From an uncultured Gammaproteobacteria bacterium (GTDB lineage Bacteria > Patescibacteriota > Microgenomatia > UBA8517), in contig CAZRGC010000002.1 in NCBI GenBank assembly GCA_964599625.1, positions 135,883 through 199,882 on the forward strand: 64,000 nt of DNA, read 5' to 3'. Position 1 is the first letter of the stretch. Each line of letters opens with the position of its first letter. Position numbers and translations under genes: made by a program. The notes beneath the pieces were generated by a model that saw only the letters and a list, made by a program, of their open reading frames with translations, was not told where the DNA came from and searched no databases. Positions 9,895 to 19,990 of this stretch are shown here, piece after piece.

Positions 9895-11115
9895 TTACTT
9901 AACCGTTAGAGTAAATAAATTTGAAGGTGTAGTTCCACCAAGATTTGTAAGTATCAAAAGCTTAGTGGCGTTTGAAAACGGAAAAGCAAAAGGTGAAACA
10001 TACGATCCTGAATATACAACCTGTCTATTGGTCCCGTCGTAGTCCATAACATAAACTTTACCTTCCTCTGCAAATATCAGATGCCTGCTTGTAGTAAGCC
10101 ATCTGACTGCGGGGGGAGACTTGGCAATTACCGGATTGCCCAAGATTACAGGTTTGTCGGATATAAGAAAGTTTTTATCTTCTTTTGTGTCATAAATATA
10201 TGTGTGCCCTGCAACAATTTCTCTTTCTTCGGCCTGAGTAGAGGCTCCTGGGAGGGGAGCTATGAGCTTTTCTTTAAGTACTGCGGATGCGCTAGCAGTA
10301 TAAAGTATCATTGTGTCATCAGGAGCAAAAACATATGCGGAAGATTTTCTAGTCAGTACATCAGAAAATTCTTGAGGAAGACTCCTCATCAGGCTTTCAT
10401 CTTTGACTTTCTTTTCTTTTGCCCAACCTTCCAATATAGCTTCCTTTCTTGCTGATACATTTGTCATCTGGCTTTGTGGTGTAAATGATCCAGAATCAAT
10501 CAGAAATACACTGTTAGATGTAGTCAAAAGCATTTGTCTGCCGTCTGGGGAAAAGACGTAGCTGGTGTCTGTGAGATCGCCGTCTATTAGTCTCTTGGGG
10601 TCATTTGAGAATCCCAACGGAAGACTTAGGACATCCATTGTCCAAAGGCCAGGTTTTCCCGGATCTATTTCTTTGCTATATGGAATACTGAAGGCAATCT
10701 TAGTGCCGTCGGCAGACATCACCGGGTTTTGTGCACCGTAAAAAGTGACTGGTGACAATGAGGGCGCGTTCCTAAAAAGAGACACGTTTGCGGAGGTTAC
10801 TATTTCTTTTTCAATAGTTAGGCGCTTTTTCCAACTGAAAAAACCGTCTTTTTTGACCTCAACATCGTATATGCCTGGTGGAATCGATATGCTTGCGTTT
10901 GTGGCAGTCTTGAGATCGCCATTTATGTAAACAGATGCTCCGTCAGGTTCTGATTTGATTACAAGAATCCCGTTTGGCTCGAACCTTATTTGTCCCTGGG
11001 AAAAAAGTGTCTTAAAGTTAAGTCGGTAACCCCTTGCGTAAAATGAAGCTATTACGCCAACAACTCCAACAACTAAAAGTGTCGAAAAAAACACAAAAAC
11101 GCGTATTTTGGCCAT
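9895..11115 (-). CDS. membrane-anchored PEGA domain + TolB/WD40-like propeller protein
   Basis: N-terminal TM; SEPDGASVYING..PGIYDVEVKKDGF; SPDG repeats. Confidence 0.85.
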   Translation of the reverse strand: MAKIRVFVFFSTLLVVGVVGVIASFYARGYRLNFKTLFSQGQIRFEPNGILVIKSEPDGASVYINGDLKTATNASISIPPGIYDVEVKKDGFFSWKKRLTIEKEIVTSANVSLFRNAPSLSPVTFYGAQNPVMSADGTKIAFSIPYSKEIDPGKPGLWTMDVLSLPLGFSNDPKRLIDGDLTDTSYVFSPDGRQMLLTTSNSVFLIDSGSFTPQSQMTNVSARKEAILEGWAKEKKVKDESLMRSLPQEFSDVLTRKSSAYVFAPDDTMILYTASASAVLKEKLIAPLPGASTQAEEREIVAGHTYIYDTKEDKNFLISDKPVILGNPVIAKSPPAVRWLTTSRHLIFAEEGKVYVMDYDGTNRQVVYSGSYVSPFAFPFSNATKLLILTNLGGTTPSNLFTLTVK

Positions 11116-11242
11116 GGGCTAATTATACAACAACCTCAGGCGGGACTCATGCTCTAATAACCTGTTATACTCAGGAAATTTGGTTTAGAACAAAGTGGTT
11201 GGGGAGTATATAATGCCCTTTGGTGCCTAATTAATTCAAAGA

Positions 11243-12250
11243 ATGCTACGTAAAAATATTGCCATAGATCTTGGAACGGCCAATACATTGGTTTGGGTTG
11301 CCGGTGAAGGTTTGGTGGTAAACGAACCTACAGTTGTGGCTATTTCAGCGGATGACAGCAAAGTTGTGGCTGTCGGTGAGGATGCAAAACGAATGCTTGG
11401 AAGAACTCCTGAGACATTGATAGCCAGTAGGCCGATGCGTGATGGTGTAATTGCCGATTACCAGGTGACAGAAGCAATGCTTAGGTACTTTATTGGTAAA
11501 GTTGTAGGAAGGTTCCAATTTTTTAAGCCAGAAGTTATGGTTTGCGTGCCTGCCGGGTGTACTCAGGTAGAACGCCGCGCAGCATTGGATGCCACACTGT
11601 CTGCGGGTGCAGCCCACGCATACTTAATAGATGAGCCGCTTGCGGCAGCCATAGGTGCAGGAATACCCGTATCAGCACCTTCCGGACATATGATCGTCGA
11701 CATTGGCGGCGGTTCTACCGAGGCTGCGGTTATATCGCTTGGTGGTGTTGTAACTCACAAATCTGTAAGGGTGGCTGGCAACAAGATAGACGAGGCGATT
11801 CAAAGTTTTCTTAAAAAGAAACACAATCTTATTGTGGGGGATCAAACAGCAGAAGAGATTAAGCTAAAACTAGGTTCAGCGATTCCGCTCGAGAAAGAGG
11901 AAAAGATCGAAATATCAGGACGTGATCTGGTGTTTGGGCTTCCACGAAGCGTTCCAATATCCTCAAACGAAGTAAATGAAGCAATAATGCCAGTACTTAT
12001 GCAAATAGTAAGCGGAGTCAAAGGTGTTTTGGAAGATACGCCGCCGGAGCTGGCAGCGGATATAATAGATAAAGGAATAGTTATGAGTGGTGGAACATCA
12101 CTTTTGAGAAACTTTGACAAGCTAATGACCAAAGAAACTGGAGTTCCGGCGCACGTTGCTGACGAGTCGTTACTTTGTGTTGTTCGGGGTACAGGTCTCG
12201 TTTTGGAAAATATAGAACTTTGGAAGCGCAGTGTTACAACAAAAAGGTAA
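11243..12250 (+). CDS. mreB: rod shape-determining protein MreB/Mbl
   Basis: IDLGTANT, EPLAAAIGAG, DIGGGSTE. Confidence 0.97.
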   Translation: MLRKNIAIDLGTANTLVWVAGEGLVVNEPTVVAISADDSKVVAVGEDAKRMLGRTPETLIASRPMRDGVIADYQVTEAMLRYFIGKVVGRFQFFKPEVMVCVPAGCTQVERRAALDATLSAGAAHAYLIDEPLAAAIGAGIPVSAPSGHMIVDIGGGSTEAAVISLGGVVTHKSVRVAGNKIDEAIQSFLKKKHNLIVGDQTAEEIKLKLGSAIPLEKEEKIEISGRDLVFGLPRSVPISSNEVNEAIMPVLMQIVSGVKGVLEDTPPELAADIIDKGIVMSGGTSLLRNFDKLMTKETGVPAHVADESLLCVVRGTGLVLENIELWKRSVTTKR

Positions 12251-12730
12251 ACTGCTGGCAGGTTTTAGTGATTGTTATCAGCTTAAACCCCGCGGTATCA
12301 ATTTGACAATATAGGGTAGTAGTTTTTTATAAATGTTTTATAAATTATAGGTATATTACACATTCTTTAATATATAAAATTAGTATACAAAAGGGATCTG
12401 GCACTTTTCACAAAACATAAATAATTTACTATCACACAAGAGAACTATAGTAAAATAATATTTTGTAGTTATTTTTGAGGATGGGTTGAGGATAAGTATA
12501 AAAAAGTAGCTACAAAAAATCGAACTAAAAATTTGAACAAATTTAAGTTTATTAAGTAAAAATTATTTCTAGAAAATTCCTGTAGTATCTAAACAACAAG
12601 ATATCAGAAAAATTAAACATAATACACTATCGGAAAATTTAATAAATTTTTTATAGGTTAAACTTGTTTGCGGAGAATATGAGATAATTGTTGTATTCCA
12701 AATAAATTATAAGATAATTACCAGAATCAA

Positions 12731-13651
12731 ATGTCAAAAAATATAAAAAAAACAGTAAAAAAATCCCGTGAATACGCCACTATCATGGGAATTAAAGTTC
12801 TTAGCACTTCAAATGCTAAAGTGCTAACGAGAGTAAGTGATTTTATATCCCATAATAGGTCAAACAACAAAAACAAGGCTAAAATATACATCGTTACCCC
12901 CAATCCCGAGATTGTCCTTATGTCTCAGAAAAACCCCAGGTTGAAAAGCGCAATAAATAACGCAGATATCTCAATTCCGGACGGTGTAGGCCTTTCCCAG
13001 GCGGATTCTTTTTTAAGAAAAGACCTCGGTAATAGTTTTTTGGAACGTTTTATCAGGGGACTTTTTTACGGCTTGAAACTTGGGTATCAAACAATTGTCC
13101 GAAAGCCGATCGCGGGCGACGGCCTAAATATTATAAAAGGAAGAGTACTTTTTTCTGAACTTATCTCGCTTGCTTCTCAAAAAGGTTGGAAAGTCTTTTT
13201 ACTTGGCGGTCTTTCGGGAGAGGCCCAGGAGTGTCAGGAGACATTGGTCAAAATTTATCCCAAATTAAAAGTGCAAAGTTTTCAGGGGCCTTATTTAGAT
13301 AAAAATGCAAAACCTGTTACAGATTTTGATATAAAGTTACATTATGATGCAGTCAAATTAATCAATAATTACAAACCGGAACTTCTTTTTGTGGCATTTG
13401 AAAATCCAAAACAGGAAATTTGGATATCGGAAAATCTTTCGAAACTTAATACAAAAGTGGCAATGGCTGTTGGTGGAACCTTCCGTTATGTTGCGGGCCA
13501 TAGAAGACTTCCATCAGAGGGGTTTGAAAACTCCGGGCTTGAATGGTTGTGGAGGCTTGCAACTGAGCCAAAAAGGTTCAAAAGAGTTTGGAATGCGTTC
13601 CCTGTGTTCCCGTTAAAAATATTTTTGATGAAGATCTCGAACAAAACCTAA
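12731..13651 (+). CDS. WecB/TagA/CpsF glycosyltransferase
   Basis: VTPNPE, IPDGVG, PKQEIW, GLEWLWRL..EPKR. Confidence 0.93.
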   Translation: MSKNIKKTVKKSREYATIMGIKVLSTSNAKVLTRVSDFISHNRSNNKNKAKIYIVTPNPEIVLMSQKNPRLKSAINNADISIPDGVGLSQADSFLRKDLGNSFLERFIRGLFYGLKLGYQTIVRKPIAGDGLNIIKGRVLFSELISLASQKGWKVFLLGGLSGEAQECQETLVKIYPKLKVQSFQGPYLDKNAKPVTDFDIKLHYDAVKLINNYKPELLFVAFENPKQEIWISENLSKLNTKVAMAVGGTFRYVAGHRRLPSEGFENSGLEWLWRLATEPKRFKRVWNAFPVFPLKIFLMKISNKT

Positions 13652-14598
13652 GAATATTTTTTAACCAGCTCGCTTCCAACCCTCCTTATATCTTTTAGTT
13701 TATTCTCTTTATTGGATTGTCCTATGTTGGTCAACTGTTTCCAGATACTGTCAACTTCATCTTGACTTATCTTCGATGTTACTTTGTTTATTTCTGTGAT
13801 CGCGCGATCATTCAAACCTGTTTTCTCAATAACAGCTGTTGATATGAGAAAGGTTTGAATAAAGGCTTTTTTATAGTCGTAGTCGCTTATATATTTTTCC
13901 GGATTGTAATTCAGGGCGCGAGTGATTTGTATAGAAAGCGGATAAACAACCAGCGGCTTATACATTATTCGCCTTGCAGAGGTGTTTCCTGTTTTTTTAA
14001 CATACTCCCGGTGGGTGGCTGTGTGTGTAGCGCCCTGAATAACCAAAACCGATTTTCCAGACCATCTATCTTTGTTTTGCTGTTCGAGTTGAGACACCTG
14101 TTCTGCAACAGCCCTTTCGCGATCCCTGTTTGCCACAGCTTCGAGTACCATGTAGTTTTTGTACTCAGCAAACGCCTCGTCAATATCTCCAAATTCTAAT
14201 GCCGTTTCGCAGTCAAGCATTTTTAGGCCGGCTTTGAAACTGGATTCGTCAGCCTGGCTTTCCCAGGAAGCGTCAACTATGTGGAACTCCTTTTGATGTT
14301 TGATGCAACTATTGGCGATATTTTCAAAAATGTTGTTTCCGGTGGATCTTAGCATTGTCTGGAGTTTAACGGCCTCTGGTGAGTTTGGGTTTTTGGTTGC
14401 AAAAGTAATTTGTTCTTCCAAAAGTCTTCTGTCTTCATCTGTCTGTCCCATTCCTTCCATCAAAACAATGTCGTGTCTTTTGATAACACCAATGATGCTA
14501 CCAGCTGAACTTTTTGAATGTTCGGTGTAATAGAAATCAATTTGAGGTGGTTTTACTTTTTCCTCAATTACACCTGCGTCTATTGGGTGCTCGCTCAT
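13648..14598 (-). CDS. hypothetical protein
   Basis: 316-aa ORF; RE and GATH motifs vaguely TraB/ChaN-like. Confidence 0.7.
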   Translation of the reverse strand: MSEHPIDAGVIEEKVKPPQIDFYYTEHSKSSAGSIIGVIKRHDIVLMEGMGQTDEDRRLLEEQITFATKNPNSPEAVKLQTMLRSTGNNIFENIANSCIKHQKEFHIVDASWESQADESSFKAGLKMLDCETALEFGDIDEAFAEYKNYMVLEAVANRDRERAVAEQVSQLEQQNKDRWSGKSVLVIQGATHTATHREYVKKTGNTSARRIMYKPLVVYPLSIQITRALNYNPEKYISDYDYKKAFIQTFLISTAVIEKTGLNDRAITEINKVTSKISQDEVDSIWKQLTNIGQSNKENKLKDIRRVGSELVKKYS

Positions 14599-14654
14599 GC
14601 TTTAATCTTATCATCAAAAACTGTCTTGACATTCATGTTACACTTCGGATACTT

Positions 14655-15230
14655 ATGGCTGAAAAATTAAAAGTATATCCTCCAAGAATGCCCTTTAATG
14701 CTTATGAACAAATACAAATACTTCCAGATTTTGATTTCAGAATGCGAATCTCCAGCAACCTTTTTGCGGGTGTGGGTTATTATTTGAATCTATTGGGTGT
14801 TTCTTTTGATAAAGATTTGAGTACGTTCCGTGCAAAAGATGTAGAGCGGATTCAGGAGAAGATAACAAGAAGAAATTCGGCAGTTCCGGTGCGAGACATC
14901 TATGGTATAAGAATTATCACAGAAGACCCCAGGCGTAGTTGGATTAAAGACATTCTGCAAAAAGCCTATCCGCTGACTCCGGATATGTTTCCTGACGGCA
15001 AACCAAGTGTTCGTGAATATGCAAACCCAACAATTAGGGAATTCTTTAGGGAAAAACATAATCCGCATACAAGCCCTTTGTACAGCGCCTTGCACGTAAA
15101 TGTTGTATTCGAACGCCTGGGCTCCCATCTTTTGGACATTGCCGAGATACAAATTATGAACAAAAGGGAGTTGGAGATATACAACGATACGCGCGAGGAA
15201 TATCTCAGAAATCGGACTTCGGGTTCCTAG
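14655..15230 (+). CDS. stand-alone RelA/SpoT synthetase-like domain protein (SAS-like)
   Basis: RAKDVERIQEK, RDIYGIRII, YSALHV, EIQI in canonical order. Confidence 0.78.
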   Translation: MAEKLKVYPPRMPFNAYEQIQILPDFDFRMRISSNLFAGVGYYLNLLGVSFDKDLSTFRAKDVERIQEKITRRNSAVPVRDIYGIRIITEDPRRSWIKDILQKAYPLTPDMFPDGKPSVREYANPTIREFFREKHNPHTSPLYSALHVNVVFERLGSHLLDIAEIQIMNKRELEIYNDTREEYLRNRTSGS

Positions 15231-15732
15231 GATTTTCGGACCAGGCCTTAGCAAAAGAATGTTTGGCTCTGTAAATTTTTCCCTCCACAGCACGCTCCGA
15301 GATTCCCAGTATTTTTGATATTTCTGTATAAGAAAGGTTGTACCAGTACCTAAACTGCAAAAGCCTCCTTTTGTCGGGGGGTAAAAGGTCCAAACAATCG
15401 TTTACCGACGCCCTCAGGTCATTAAGTGCGGTCAGTTCTTCGGGTGAGAGCGAGTCGGAGTCCGCATTTGCCATTGCGTCAATCAAGGGGACAACGAGGC
15501 GAGATCTTCTGTTGACTTGATCGTGGTAATAGTCCGCTATTTTGTTAAGCGCTATCCTACAAAGCCATGTAAAAAACGAAGATTTGTTTTTGAAGCTTTT
15601 ATAGCCTTTCCATGCGGCCTCGAATGTTTGTGCAATTATATCCTCTGCGGTATCAGGATCGCTACCGATCTTTTTGAACACAAACTTTGTCAAAGGCCCA
15701 ACAAATTGTTTGTATAACTTTTCGAATTGCAT
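15205..15732 (-). CDS. ECF sigma-70 factor
   Basis: AEDIIAQTF, SSFFTWLCRIALN, LSYTEISKILGISERAV..RA. Confidence 0.92.
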   Translation of the reverse strand: MQFEKLYKQFVGPLTKFVFKKIGSDPDTAEDIIAQTFEAAWKGYKSFKNKSSFFTWLCRIALNKIADYYHDQVNRRSRLVVPLIDAMANADSDSLSPEELTALNDLRASVNDCLDLLPPDKRRLLQFRYWYNLSYTEISKILGISERAVEGKIYRAKHSFAKAWSENPRNPKSDF

Positions 15733-15820
15733 GGTACACAGTATATACCTAATTGCAGGTTGTGACAGTTTGGAATACACATTCGTAACAAGGTAACCGG
15801 CTGGTGATAGAATACGCATA

Positions 15821-16603
15821 ATGAAAGATCTTGTACTCATCAAACTTGGAGGGAGTGTTATTACAGATAAAAGTAAACCCTTTACCGCCAGATTGGATGT
15901 TATAGATAGGCTTGCACGCAGGATAAAAAACAAATATATAAGCCGTGACTTTGATTTGATAGTCGGTCATGGGGGTGGGAGTTTCCCACACGTGCCTGCC
16001 GCAAAATATCAGACCCAAAAAGGCATTGTAAATGACAAAAGTGTCTGGGGTTTTTGCCTTACTGCAGACGCTGCTATTCAAATAAATCGAATAGTTTTGG
16101 CCAGGCTTCTAAAATATAAAATCCCAGCAGTTTCATTTGCTCCATTAAGTTTTATTACTCAAAAGTCGGTTTCAACCATGCATATTCAAAAAGCATTACA
16201 AATAGGCATCGTTCCTGTTGTTTACGGTGATCTGGTGATGAATGAAAAACAAGGGTTTCAGATATACTCGGGGGAAAAGACACTGGATGTGTTGGCAAAT
16301 AAACTTAGAAAGAATTACAAAAAAGTCACAATAATCTACTATACAGACACATTTGGGGTTTATGACAACAAAGGAAAAACAATTCCAGTTATCACACCAT
16401 CAAACTATCTCAGTATCAAGAAATTTTTGGTGGGTAGCTCCCATACCGATGTAACTGGGGGAATGCTTCACAAAGTCGAAGAAAGTTTGGCGTTTGTAAA
16501 GAAATTTGATGCACAAATTTATATTTTGAATGGTTTAAGTAAAGGTCCTTTTACCAAAATATCAAAACATATCCGTGTCAACGCTCATGATTTTGAGCCA
16601 TAA
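15821..16603 (+). CDS. isopentenyl phosphate kinase-like (amino acid kinase family)
   Basis: KLGGSVITDK, HGGGSFPH, PVVYGD, DVTGGM. Confidence 0.85.
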   Translation: MKDLVLIKLGGSVITDKSKPFTARLDVIDRLARRIKNKYISRDFDLIVGHGGGSFPHVPAAKYQTQKGIVNDKSVWGFCLTADAAIQINRIVLARLLKYKIPAVSFAPLSFITQKSVSTMHIQKALQIGIVPVVYGDLVMNEKQGFQIYSGEKTLDVLANKLRKNYKKVTIIYYTDTFGVYDNKGKTIPVITPSNYLSIKKFLVGSSHTDVTGGMLHKVEESLAFVKKFDAQIYILNGLSKGPFTKISKHIRVNAHDFEP

Positions 16604-16912
16604 CATTTCGGTTTCAGTAATCTCCATACCCATTCTTGCTTTTGCTTTCAATGTTTCTTTTGCATCAGCTATTTCGGTGGGTGGCTTCTTTCCCCAAATA
16701 AATTCCCAGGCAATGCCGTAAAGAGTGATGTCTCCGCCGGGATCGGGAATGGGATTTTGCTCCAAAAATTTGTCCAGGGTAAGTGCGTTTTCAGAAACCC
16801 AGCTTTCGGCTGCCGGAACCCCTGTTTGCATGCCGTAGAATTCAAATTTGCGGTTCATTCTTTGGATCTCGGTTCCCAGTATTCCGCCCAATAGTATTTC
16901 TTTTGATTTCAT
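16562..16912 (-). CDS. hypothetical protein
   Basis: ORF from MKSKEIL; start uncertain. Confidence 0.55.
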   Translation of the reverse strand: MKSKEILLGGILGTEIQRMNRKFEFYGMQTGVPAAESWVSENALTLDKFLEQNPIPDPGGDITLYGIAWEFIWGKKPPTEIADAKETLKAKARMGMEITETEMLWLKIMSVDTDMF

Positions 16913-16975
16913 TTCGTGGGTGTTTTGTTGCAAAAACAGACTAATGAGTATACCACTTGGTAAAAATACAATTTT

Positions 16976-17170
16976 ATGAAAGAAAATATGCATATAGAAA
17001 TCGATATAAAAGAATTTTTGGATGATCTTACTATAGAAAGCGGAAGAAGAATGGTGGCCAAAGGTCAAGATGTGGATACCCGGAGCCTTGCACAACGAAG
17101 GAAAGAAGCTTTAGAAAGTCAAAATGAAGCCAAAGGCCAAAATGCCAGGTCGCACGGGGTGCTTGATTAG
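16976..17170 (+). CDS. small hypothetical protein
   Basis: 64-aa ORF, TACAAT just upstream. Confidence 0.5.
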   Translation: MKENMHIEIDIKEFLDDLTIESGRRMVAKGQDVDTRSLAQRRKEALESQNEAKGQNARSHGVLD

Positions 17171-17192
17171 CTTCAGGTGTTATAATTGCGCC

Positions 17193-17519
17193 ATGACGGA
17201 AAGGGTTGTGACAATCGGTGTTAATCCGCAGGTAATGAGAGAAGTGGCGGCCTACAAAAGGATGGGAGATCCGATTAACGAAGAAATGGTCCAAACGACT
17301 GTGGAAGATGTTGTAGACGAACTCCACTTTCTGGGGGCAATAGATAAGAAAGAGGATGTGGTTAAGGTTGTGTTTGTTGAAGACAAAAATGTGCCGGTAG
17401 ACTCGACCTCGCGCATTGTAACTGTAGGCACTCCGGTTATGGATGAATACGGAGAAACAGAAATTGGTGTCTCGGAGCAAATTTATACTTTTGATTTTGA
17501 TATCGATTTAGGTAATTAA
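17193..17519 (+). CDS. acidic hypothetical protein
   Basis: TATAAT 6 nt before ATG 17193. Confidence 0.65.
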   Translation: MTERVVTIGVNPQVMREVAAYKRMGDPINEEMVQTTVEDVVDELHFLGAIDKKEDVVKVVFVEDKNVPVDSTSRIVTVGTPVMDEYGETEIGVSEQIYTFDFDIDLGN

Positions 17520-17531
17520 TTATATTTTTAT

Positions 17532-18608
17532 ATGAAAGGTGATTTAGGAAAAGAATATCTCAAAAAGTATCTCAGACTATCAGACCCACTTTTTGAAAAA
17601 TATCTTAAAAACAAGGAAAAAGAGTCGGCTGCAAACGACCCTTTGGCCGGAGAAATTATAAAACGCTTTACCCAGATTGCCAGGCGGGGTAAAAAGATCA
17701 GAGGAGCTTTGGTGACTTTGGCGTATCAGGTGGGTGGTGGAAAATATGACAAAAAGATAATAGACACAAGTCTTTTTATCGAACTATTCCATGCCGGAGT
17801 TCTGGTGCAGGACGATGTACAGGACAGGGGAGACTTTAGGCGCGGAATACCCACACTTCATAGGCAATTTGAAAAAAGAGCAAAACAGATTGGGGTAAAG
17901 ATCAACAAATATCACTATGGTGAAGCGATTGCCATCGACGCCTGCACATCAGCTTATTATTATTCCTGGGAAAAACTATTAGCATCCGATTTTACCCACG
18001 ATAGGCTTATAAAAACAGGCTTAATGTATTCAAAATTTATTCAAAGGTTGAGTGATGGCCAATCCTTAGATATCACAGGAGCAAGCACCAAAAAGACCAA
18101 CGAACGCTTCGTTCTTAACATGCTTAAGCTTAAATCAGCCGAATACACAGGAGTTTTGCCTCTTTTGGCTGGGGCAACGTTAGCAGGAATAACGGACAAA
18201 AAACGCCTCAATGCAATCGAAAAGTACGGCTTGGCTTTTGGCTGGGCTTTCCAAATTCAGGACGATATTTTGGGACTTTTTGGTGACGAAAAGGAATTTG
18301 GCAAGCCTGTCGGCAGCGATATTATCGAGGGCAAAAATACACTCTTTATGCTATATCTGGCCGAACACGGAACGCCAATTCAAATTAAGTTCATGAAGAA
18401 AGTTTTGGGAAATCCTAAAGCCAAACTCACCGAAATAAAAAAGCTCAAAAAGATTTTGGTGGATTCGGGGGCATACGACTACGTGGTTTCAAAGGGTTGG
18501 AAATACGTAGAACAGGGTAAGAAATATATCCCCAACATGACAAACGATCCAAAAATCAGGGAAATTTTGGAGTCCCTGATTATTTACATGATGGAAAGAA
18601 CACTTTAA
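17532..18608 (+). CDS. polyprenyl diphosphate synthase (IdsA/GGPPS-like)
   Basis: GKKIR, QDDVQD..RRG, GQSLD, FQIQDDILG, GKPVGSDI.EGK. Confidence 0.93.
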   Translation: MKGDLGKEYLKKYLRLSDPLFEKYLKNKEKESAANDPLAGEIIKRFTQIARRGKKIRGALVTLAYQVGGGKYDKKIIDTSLFIELFHAGVLVQDDVQDRGDFRRGIPTLHRQFEKRAKQIGVKINKYHYGEAIAIDACTSAYYYSWEKLLASDFTHDRLIKTGLMYSKFIQRLSDGQSLDITGASTKKTNERFVLNMLKLKSAEYTGVLPLLAGATLAGITDKKRLNAIEKYGLAFGWAFQIQDDILGLFGDEKEFGKPVGSDIIEGKNTLFMLYLAEHGTPIQIKFMKKVLGNPKAKLTEIKKLKKILVDSGAYDYVVSKGWKYVEQGKKYIPNMTNDPKIREILESLIIYMMERTL

Positions 18609-18626
18609 AGCTTATACACTTTACCT

Positions 18627-19910
18627 ATGCCAAAGAATTCACTTATAAATTTACCCAAAGGAACCGCAGTCCCAAATCATATTGCAATGATTCTTGACGG
18701 CAATCGCCGTTGGGCCCGTTCACGCGGCCTTGAACCATGGAAGGGGCATTTCTACGGATATCAGGCTGTCAGAAAGCTTGCCCAAAGTGCCAGGCAGCTT
18801 GGCGTTCATACTTTTACGGTCTGGGCGTTCTCAACAGAGAATTGGGATAGGGCAGAGAGGGAAATTTCCGAAATAATGAATCTTTTTAGAAAGGGCTTAC
18901 TCGAGACAGAAAAAGATTTCCACAAAGATAAAGTTGCCTTTGTTCATTTGGGAAGGAAAGACAGACTCCCCAAAGATCTTTTGGCAGAAGTTACAAGGAT
19001 CGAGAAAGAGACGTCAAAGTATGCCAGAAATCATATATTCAATGTGGCAGTGGACTACGGAGGGCGCGATGAGATCTTGAGAGTGGTCAGAAAAATAGTT
19101 GACTCAGGTGTTTCTTCGAGCGAGGTCGACGATAAACTGTTCGAAAGCTATTTGGATACCAGGAACCAGCCCTACCCAAATCCCGATCTTTTTATAAGAA
19201 CAAGCGGAGAACAAAGAACTAGCGGACTTTTGCCTTGGCAGATGGTTTATAGCGAATTTTATTTTGAAAATGAACACCTTCCGGACTTTACACCGGAAAA
19301 ATTAAGAGAAGCAATTCTGGACTATTCCAGAAGGAGAAGGCGGTTTGGCGGCAATGATGCAGTCGAACATTTTAAGTTCCGCCCGGAACTTGTAGCCAAG
19401 TTTGAACTTTCCTGGTGGAGACTTAGAAACCTTCCTGATGGTGTAAGGCTTAGGGATTATGCAATGAAGCATCTTAAAGAGCAATTTGGACTTTCAGCAA
19501 AACTTGCAAAAGACGCAGCACTTTTGATGGCCGAAGCCATGATCAATGAAAATGCTGGCAAGTATGACGAAGCAAAAAAGAAGTTAAAAAAGTTTTACGT
19601 TTTAGTAAAAAATGAATTAAAGTTGGCTTTTGAACCCGATGTTGTAGCTTCACTCGAAGTAAAAATGAACAAAGAACTTGCAGGAAAAGATTCAATCGAG
19701 TCAAGTTTTGAAGCAGAAAAAACAGCCAAGGAGTTAACTGCCGAAGTCTACAGAATTTCTTTGTTCCAGGCGGCAAAAGCTGCGCATCTTAGGGTTTTGG
19801 CGGCAATAGAAAGAAATCTGGCAGAGCGTGGATTTGGGGAGAAACATTGGGCCCGCGCGGAAGACTATTTGGTTAAATACTACAATGCACTCAAAGAAAG
19901 GGTTGCATAA
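18627..19910 (+). CDS. uppS: undecaprenyl diphosphate synthase with long C-terminal extension
   Basis: HIAMILDGNRRWA, FSTENW, YGGRDEI, IRTSGEQR, RRFGG. Confidence 0.93.
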   Translation: MPKNSLINLPKGTAVPNHIAMILDGNRRWARSRGLEPWKGHFYGYQAVRKLAQSARQLGVHTFTVWAFSTENWDRAEREISEIMNLFRKGLLETEKDFHKDKVAFVHLGRKDRLPKDLLAEVTRIEKETSKYARNHIFNVAVDYGGRDEILRVVRKIVDSGVSSSEVDDKLFESYLDTRNQPYPNPDLFIRTSGEQRTSGLLPWQMVYSEFYFENEHLPDFTPEKLREAILDYSRRRRRFGGNDAVEHFKFRPELVAKFELSWWRLRNLPDGVRLRDYAMKHLKEQFGLSAKLAKDAALLMAEAMINENAGKYDEAKKKLKKFYVLVKNELKLAFEPDVVASLEVKMNKELAGKDSIESSFEAEKTAKELTAEVYRISLFQAAKAAHLRVLAAIERNLAERGFGEKHWARAEDYLVKYYNALKERVA

Positions 19911-19990
19911 AATGAGTGCAGTGCCAAGCTTTGCTTACAATGCACCAAAGGAGAGAGTTGCGTGACAATAAGGCAGATGATTATAAAAGC

